Shown one piece after another: positions 7,282-12,601 of a DNA stretch of 12,601 nt. The translations under genes were made by a program, and so were the position numbers. Source of the stretch: an uncultured bacterium (GTDB taxonomy: Bacteria; Planctomycetota; Phycisphaerae; SM23-33; FEN-1343); the NCBI GenBank assembly GCA_965372365.1, contig CBDVCA010000093.1, positions 1-12,601 of the forward strand, in the 5' to 3' direction. The notes below the pieces were generated by a model. It saw nothing but the letters and a program-made list of their open reading frames with translations, searched no databases and was not told the DNA's origin. Every line of letters starts with the position of its first letter. Within the stretch, counting starts at the first letter, position 1.

Positions 7282-8919
7282 TCAGAACTTCACGAGTTCT
7301 TCGGTCTCATCCATCGGGATCATCCGGCCGGGCGAGCCCTTCTCGTCAGCAATCTGGCTCCAGACGTCGCCGGCCGCCGGAGCGCCGGCCGACTTGGAGG
7401 CCAGGCCGACTTGGTTCCTGATCGCCGGGCGACGATTCCCAATGCCCTGCTGAGCGTTCGCCGCCGACTCGTTGACCTGACTAACGTCGGTACTGCCGCC
7501 GACCATGGTCTGGAGCCCGCCGACCATGCTGTCGAGTTCCTTCGCCTGGTAGCTCAGCTCCTCGGCCGCGGCCGATGATTCCTCGGCGTTGGCGGCGCTG
7601 GACTGAGCCACCTGCTGCATCTGGCTGATCGCCTCACTGATCGATGCGATGCCCTCGGAGTTCTCGCTACCGGCAGCCGCGACTTCGGCGATCAGGTCGT
7701 TCACCTGATTGGTGCTGGCGGCGATTTCATTGAGCGTCTCGGCCACTTCCTGCGAGATCTCCACGCCGTTGTTGGCGTTACGGACCGACTCTTCGATCAT
7801 CCCGCCGGTGCTGCGAGCCGCCTCGGCCGACCGCTGGGCCAAGTTGCGGACCTCTTCGGCCACAACGGCGAAGCCCTTGCCGGCTTCACCGGCGCGAGCG
7901 GCCTCGACCGCGGCGTTCAGGGCCAGCAGATTCGTCTGGAAGGCGATCTCGTCGATGGTCTTGACAATCTTGGCCGTCTCGTCGGAAGACTTTTTGATGT
8001 CGTCGATCGCTATGGACATGCGGCCCATGGCGTCGGCGCCCTTGGTGGCGGAGGCGTTCGCCGAACCGGCCAGGCGGGTCGCCTCTTCGGCGTTGGCGGC
8101 GCTCTGGCGAATCGTGGTCGCCATCTCTTCGAGGCTGCTGGTGGTCTCTTCGACCGCCGCGGCCTGCTCGCTGGCGCCCTGAGCGAGCGACTGACCCGCC
8201 GAAGACACTTCCCCCGAAGCCGACGCAACGTTCTCCGAACCCATCCGCATACCTTCGATCACGCGCTTCAGCGCAACGACAATGCTCCTGGCGATAATCA
8301 CCGCCAGACCCGACCCGAGAAGCACCCCGACGCCGCTGACGATCACCAGAATCATCATCGCCTGCGCGGCGGTGTTCGAAGCCCCAGCGGCGACATCGTG
8401 AGATTCGGCCTTATTCTCGGCCAACAGGGCGTCGACATCGCTCATGAAAGGCGTGTAGGCGGCCGCGACCTGATCGGCGGCCGCCATCACCGCCTCGGAA
8501 TCGGCGCCGCCGCCGGTCACCTCGATGAGTCGGCGGCACGCCTGCACAAATGCATCATGCTTGGTGGTAATCCGCTCCACGCTGTCGGCGAAGCCTTTGT
8601 CAACCAGATCCTGATCGCCGGCAATGATATCGCGGGCGATGGCGATCTGTTCATCGACGTTCACATCGGATTCGCCAAACTCCTCGACATAGGCGTGTTC
8701 GCGGTGAACCACATACAACGAGACGGCCAGGTTCTGGTTGATGGCCAGTGCGTCAATCTCGCTGATCGCCTCCGAAAGCGGTATGTGAACGTTCGCCAGA
8801 TCGTCGACGCCGCCGCGAATGGAGATGATCTGATTCACCCCCACGCCGGCCAACACGATGCTGATCGCAAGTACTGCCGCGAAACCAACGCCAATTTTCT
8901 TTCCCACTGTCATAGCCAT
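7282..8919 (-). CDS. Methyl-accepting chemotaxis protein with two transmembrane helices, a periplasmic sensor, a HAMP domain and an MCP signalling domain
   Basis: The highly conserved MCP signalling-domain core is present: [46 protein letters not shown]1 is [21 protein letters not shown] and TM2 is [27 protein letters not shown], with about 150 aa of periplasmic sequence between them, consistent with a four-helix-bundle sensor. I place the start at ATG 8919 (MAMTVGKK...), preceded by gaaaggg plus a 9-nt spacer. The track start at 8952 is GTG. Confidence 0.92.
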   Translation of the reverse strand: MAMTVGKKIGVGFAAVLAISIVLAGVGVNQIISIRGGVDDLANVHIPLSEAISEIDALAINQNLAVSLYVVHREHAYVEEFGESDVNVDEQIAIARDIIAGDQDLVDKGFADSVERITTKHDAFVQACRRLIEVTGGGADSEAVMAAADQVAAAYTPFMSDVDALLAENKAESHDVAAGASNTAAQAMMILVIVSGVGVLLGSGLAVIIARSIVVALKRVIEGMRMGSENVASASGEVSSAGQSLAQGASEQAAAVEETTSSLEEMATTIRQSAANAEEATRLAGSANASATKGADAMGRMSIAIDDIKKSSDETAKIVKTIDEIAFQTNLLALNAAVEAARAGEAGKGFAVVAEEVRNLAQRSAEAARSTGGMIEESVRNANNGVEISQEVAETLNEIAASTNQVNDLIAEVAAAGSENSEGIASISEAISQMQQVAQSSAANAEESSAAAEELSYQAKELDSMVGGLQTMVGGSTDVSQVNESAANAQQGIGNRRPAIRNQVGLASKSAGAPAAGDVWSQIADEKGSPGRMIPMDETEELVKF

Positions 8920-9082
8920 TGCACACGACCCTTTCAATTCACTCGCGGCCACACGTCCGTCACCCGTTATTGAAGGGGCGAATCAGACGCGATTGTCAAT
9001 GCCGACCCCGGCGCCCACTCGCACCGAGAGCCGAACGATTTCATCTTTGGGCAATTCGCTCGCTCCAATGTCGCCAGGCGCA

Positions 9083-9096
9083 TTCGCCATGGCGAA
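9083..9096. promoter_or_regulatory. Perfect 14-bp palindrome ttcgccatggcgaa in the divergent MCP/GDE intergenic region. Candidate operator
   Basis: The sequence is exactly self-complementary. It lies inside a 443-bp intergenic region with a lower-GC core (about 9100-9300). Confidence 0.2.
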
Positions 9097-9395
9097 CCAG
9101 ATAATGGAAGAGCGATTCAGGGCAGCAAACATATTCACTCGGCAGAAAACCAAACGCATTACTCCCATGCAACCCCCGGGCCACATGTAGTGTATCTCTT
9201 GTATCGTCCGCCGATATGGGCGGCTTAAGCACATTGGAGGGGAATTGCGGATCATTCTCCTTTTCGTGATCGAATATCAGCTATCCCAGCCCCGCATCGC
9301 AGATGGCCCACCGATGGTCTGCCCCAACATAGGCTGTATTTCGCGCCCGGGTGATGCTATCTTGAGCGGTCAGACACCTTGGTGAGGAAACCGAC

Positions 9396-11399
9396 ATGGC
9401 CAACACAGTACAATTGCCCGCCCCGATCACCGTCGACTGCCGCCAGACGCCCCTGGCTGAACTGGAGAGCCTCGAATGGCTGGTGACCAACAAGCTCGGG
9501 TCCTACGCCTCTTCCAGCGTGGTCGGCGCTAACACACGACGTTATCACGGGTTATTAGTAGCGGCGACCTTGCCACCCGTCGGCCGCCAGGTGGTGCTTT
9601 CGGCCCTGGCCGAGCAGGTGATCGTCGGCGGCAAGACGTACAACCTCTCGACGTTTCAGTTCGCCGGCGCCGTCAGCCCCAACGGCTACGTCCACTTGGT
9701 GAGCTTCGTCAACGACATCGCCCCCCGGTGGATCTTCCAGTTCGACGGCGTCACCGTTACTCGCGAACTGATGCTCGCCGAGACCGCCAACGTCCTGGCC
9801 GTGCGGTACAAGGTCGACGCCCCCGAGCCGGTCGAGCTTCGCATCCGCCCGTTCGCCGCTCTGCGCGACTATCACGCCCTCCGCCGCGAGCACGACACCC
9901 ATCAGATCATGTTCAACCACCAGGACGGCGGCGTCCTCATCGAAGACCGCCAATGGGCCGCCGAGCCCGCATGGATCGGCTTGGAGGGCGCGACGTTCAC
10001 CGACATGCCCCAATGGTGGTACAAATTCCAGTACCCCGTCGACATCCACCGGGGCCAGGACGGCTTCGAAGACCTGTATACGCCGGGGTACTTCCAGTGC
10101 ACCGCCCAGCCCGGCCAGTGGGTCCAGGCGACCGCTGCGTGCGGACGAACCGCCGCCTTCGATTTCGACGCCACCGTCGCCGCCCGCCGACGACGACTCA
10201 TTCAGCGGGTCGAAGCCGTCGGCCCCGACCCCGACGACGCCACCCAGCGCTTGGCCATGGCCGCCGACGCGTTCATGGTCACTCGAGACGTCTCCAGCGG
10301 GCCGTCGGCGACGATCCTCGCCGGGTATCACTGGTTCGCCGACTGGGGCCGCGACACCTTCATCGCACTGCCGGGGCTGGCCCTGCTGACCGGCCAGACC
10401 GACAAGGCCCGCCAGGTGCTCGACACCTTCGCCCACGCCATGGCCGACGGCATGATCCCCAACCGCTTCGACGATTACGGCGGATCGCCCCACTACAACA
10501 GCATGGACGCGTCGCTGTGGTTCATCCTCGCCGTCGACCGCTACCTCCGCCTGACCGGCGACGAGCGAAGCTGGGCTCAGGAGTTCATCGGCCCGGTCCG
10601 GTCGATCCTGCAGTCCTACCACGACGGCACGCTGTTCAACATTCACGCCGACGCCGACGGCCTGCTGGTGGGCGGCTCGTCCAACACGCAACTGACCTGG
10701 ATGGACGTGAAGTACAACGATGAGGCCATCACGCCGCGTGAGGGCAAGGCCGTCGAGATCAACGCCCTGTGGCTGGAGGCCATGCACATTATGGCCGAGC
10801 GATGCAAGGGTGTCGACGACGCCATGGCCGCCCACTACGCCGGCGAGGCCAAACGCGTCGCCGACAGCTTCGTCAAGGCCTTCTGGTACGCCGAGGGGGG
10901 TTACCTCTACGACTGCGTCGGCCCCACCGGCCCCGACCCGTCCCTGCGCCCCAACCAGATTATCGCCGTGGCCATGCCCCGTTGCCCCCTGTCGATCGAC
11001 CGGCAGAAGAGCGTCATCGACACCGTCATCGCCAACCTGCTCACCCCGGTCGGCCTCCGCACGCTCGCGCCGTCGGATAAACGCTACCGCGGCCAATACG
11101 GCGGAAGCTGGGAATCGCGAGATCGATCGTACCACCAGGGCACCGCGTGGGCGTGGCTGATGGGGTCGATGGTGCAAGCGTACCTGAAGGTGAACGATTT
11201 CTCCGATGAAGCCCGCGACCAGGCCGGCGCCTGGCTGAAGCCCATCGACGAGCATCTGCGACAGACCGTGCTCGGAACCGTCAACGAGATCTTCGACGGC
11301 GACCCCCCCCACGCCCCACGCGGCTGCGTCGCCCAGGCATGGTCGGTGGCCGAACTGCTGCGAGCCAAACTCATGATCGCCCGAGGGCGACCCCTGTAA
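9396..11399 (+). CDS. Glycogen debranching enzyme family protein (GDE N-terminal domain plus amylo-alpha-1,6-glucosidase catalytic domain)
   Basis: The 667-aa ORF contains an N-terminal TRRYHGLLVAA motif, typical of bacterial/archaeal GDE_N. A central GYHWFADWGRDTFIALPGL motif matches the amylo-alpha-1,6-glucosidase family. GAGGA lies 7 nt upstream of ATG 9396. The antisense 585-aa ORF is a shadow. Confidence 0.9.
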   Translation: MANTVQLPAPITVDCRQTPLAELESLEWLVTNKLGSYASSSVVGANTRRYHGLLVAATLPPVGRQVVLSALAEQVIVGGKTYNLSTFQFAGAVSPNGYVHLVSFVNDIAPRWIFQFDGVTVTRELMLAETANVLAVRYKVDAPEPVELRIRPFAALRDYHALRREHDTHQIMFNHQDGGVLIEDRQWAAEPAWIGLEGATFTDMPQWWYKFQYPVDIHRGQDGFEDLYTPGYFQCTAQPGQWVQATAACGRTAAFDFDATVAARRRRLIQRVEAVGPDPDDATQRLAMAADAFMVTRDVSSGPSATILAGYHWFADWGRDTFIALPGLALLTGQTDKARQVLDTFAHAMADGMIPNRFDDYGGSPHYNSMDASLWFILAVDRYLRLTGDERSWAQEFIGPVRSILQSYHDGTLFNIHADADGLLVGGSSNTQLTWMDVKYNDEAITPREGKAVEINALWLEAMHIMAERCKGVDDAMAAHYAGEAKRVADSFVKAFWYAEGGYLYDCVGPTGPDPSLRPNQIIAVAMPRCPLSIDRQKSVIDTVIANLLTPVGLRTLAPSDKRYRGQYGGSWESRDRSYHQGTAWAWLMGSMVQAYLKVNDFSDEARDQAGAWLKPIDEHLRQTVLGTVNEIFDGDPPHAPRGCVAQAWSVAELLRAKLMIARGRPL

Positions 11400-11428
11400 C
11401 CCCGGCCGTCACGAAGGATACGCCGCCC

Positions 11429-12601
11429 GTGAAAGCCATCTGCATATTCATCGCCTGTTTCGCCGCCGTCGCCGCGGCCGCGGCCGTGACCGCCGCCGTG
11501 ACCGAAAAACCCCAAGCGACCGCCACGCTTGTCCCGACGGCCATCCAACCGGAGACCGACTCGCCCTACCTGAAGGCGAAACTCACCGTCGACAACGGCC
11601 TCGCCCAAACCGTCACGGAAATACTCATTCAAGCCGACGACGGCGGCCCCCGCATATCCCTGCCGGTCACCGTCGGTCCCGGCCGCAAAACCACGCGAAC
11701 CATCCTGCTGCCGGCCACCGCCGCCGACCCGACCTACGCCATCGAGTTCTTCGGCGAGCCCCAAGCCGGCGCCGACCGCGACCGCCAACGGCTCGGCAAC
11801 GCCCGCGCCTCGATCAGTTGGCCCGCCGACCGGATCGACGCCCGGCGGTTCCTCAATCCCGCCGCCGTCGCCGCGTTCGCCGACGACCCGCTCCTCTGGC
11901 CGGCCGACCTCCGCAAGATGATCCTGATCGCCGCGGCCGCCTTCGTCCTCGGCGGCGCCTTCGCCCTGCTGATTCACCGCCGCATTTGGCGAGCGACCCT
12001 GGCCGGGGCGGGGGCCGTCGGCGCAACGGCCGCGATGGTGTGGCTGCTGCAGGTCGCCGCTCCCCCGGTCACCCGGATCGACACGTTCGACATTCTCCAA
12101 CGCCCCGTCGAAGGCGCCACCCGGATGTCCACCGTCACCGTCGTGCGAAACCGGCGAACCCAAGCCGTTCAGTTCAGCCTCCCCCCCACGCCCTGGCGCC
12201 TCTACGCCGACCGCGGCCAAATGAAAGCCGACACCACCCGACTGCGGCCGTCAACCGCCCCCGGCCCCCGCCGAACCGACGTCTTCTGTTCGGTATCCCC
12301 CGGCGAGACCCTCATCTTCCTATCGCCCCTGCCCGCTCGCCCCGGCCGGCCGCGGCCGCCCCGCACCCAAATGACCCTCGACCCCGCCGGCGACCCATGG
12401 CTCCTGGAGGCCAGTTCCGCCACGCCCCGGGCCGTCTGGCTCACCGCCGACCGCATCGTCGCCATCGACGCCATGGCCCGCAAAACCCCCCGCCGCTTCG
12501 ACCCCCGCCGCACCGAGCCGGTGGCCAATCTCCTCGCCGAACCCTCCCGCTTCGGCTTCGACCCCCGCTCCCTCAACCTCCTCCAATGGTGGCTCAACAC
12601 C
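11429..12601 (+). CDS. Hypothetical secreted or membrane protein (signal peptide, internal hydrophobic helices, Pro/Arg-rich C-terminal part). 3' end truncated by the window edge
   Basis: The GTG start at 11429 is preceded by GAAGGA (11414-11419). The open frame covers 391 codons with no stop up to the window end, which is why the ORF track lacks it. Strong GC3 bias is present in this frame only. The N-terminus VKAICIFIACFAAVAAAAAVTAAV is signal-peptide-like, and there are hydrophobic segments MILIAAAAFVLGGAFALLI and GATAAMVWLLQVAA. I recognise no known domain. The - strand ORFs here are G/R/D-rich shadows. Confidence 0.55.
   Translation, partial: MKAICIFIACFAAVAAAAAVTAAVTEKPQATATLVPTAIQPETDSPYLKAKLTVDNGLAQTVTEILIQADDGGPRISLPVTVGPGRKTTRTILLPATAADPTYAIEFFGEPQAGADRDRQRLGNARASISWPADRIDARRFLNPAAVAAFADDPLLWPADLRKMILIAAAAFVLGGAFALLIHRRIWRATLAGAGAVGATAAMVWLLQVAAPPVTRIDTFDILQRPVEGATRMSTVTVVRNRRTQAVQFSLPPTPWRLYADRGQMKADTTRLRPSTAPGPRRTDVFCSVSPGETLIFLSPLPARPGRPRPPRTQMTLDPAGDPWLLEASSATPRAVWLTADRIVAIDAMARKTPRRFDPRRTEPVANLLAEPSRFGFDPRSLNLLQWWLNT

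Noticed and set aside
7282-7300. C-terminal ...EELVKF of the MCP as a CheR-tethering pentapeptide
   Set aside because: It does not match the NWETF-type xWxxF motif well. I only noted that the C-terminus ends in an aromatic residue and make no claim.
8858-9255. Short ORFs (61-110 aa) on both strands in the MCP/GDE intergenic region
   Set aside because: They overlap one another, have no RBS and atypical composition, and lie in a lower-GC non-coding stretch. They are probably spurious.
1-12601. CRISPR arrays, rRNA/tRNA genes, transposase/integrase genes
   Set aside because: None was found. There are no regularly spaced direct repeats, no RNA gene signatures, and no ORF resembling a recombinase.

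Overview
This is a high-GC bacterial chromosomal window. The codon bias is strongly GC3-rich and several genes share GAAAGGG/GAGGA-type ribosome-binding sites (RBS). A Planctomycetota-like origin is possible, but that is only a guess. I support seven protein-coding genes: (1,2) a co-transcribed pair of half-size ABC exporter genes on the + strand (959-2809, 2839-4710), which look like a heterodimeric exporter with one consensus and one degenerate ATP site. (3,4) A convergent, minus-strand two-gene operon encoding an NfeD/YqiJ-like membrane protein (6343-6978) and a flotillin/SPFH protein (4803-6323), a yqiJK-like pair. (5) A minus-strand methyl-accepting chemotaxis protein (7282-8919). (6) A plus-strand glycogen debranching enzyme-family protein (amylo-alpha-1,6-glucosidase, 9396-11399). 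(7) A 3'-truncated ORF that the six-frame track misses because it runs off the window (11429->12601), encoding a signal-peptide-bearing, Pro/Arg-rich hypothetical membrane or secreted protein. The non-coding parts are the most interesting. A 560-bp, lower-GC leader region sits upstream of the ABC operon. It holds a sigma70-like promoter, a 22-codon ORF with a well-spaced RBS, and two tandem hairpins that share an identical 9-nt arm. The right arm of hairpin A is the exact complement of the left arm of terminator hairpin B, which is a classic mutually exclusive terminator/antiterminator layout. This points to ribosome-mediated attenuation of the exporter, as described for B. subtilis bmrB-bmrCD. 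At the 5' end of the window is a dense nest of interleaved direct and inverted repeats around a C12 homopolymer. I see no CRISPR array, rRNA, tRNA or obvious mobile-element genes. Several large antisense ORFs in the track are GC-driven shadow ORFs and I reject them.
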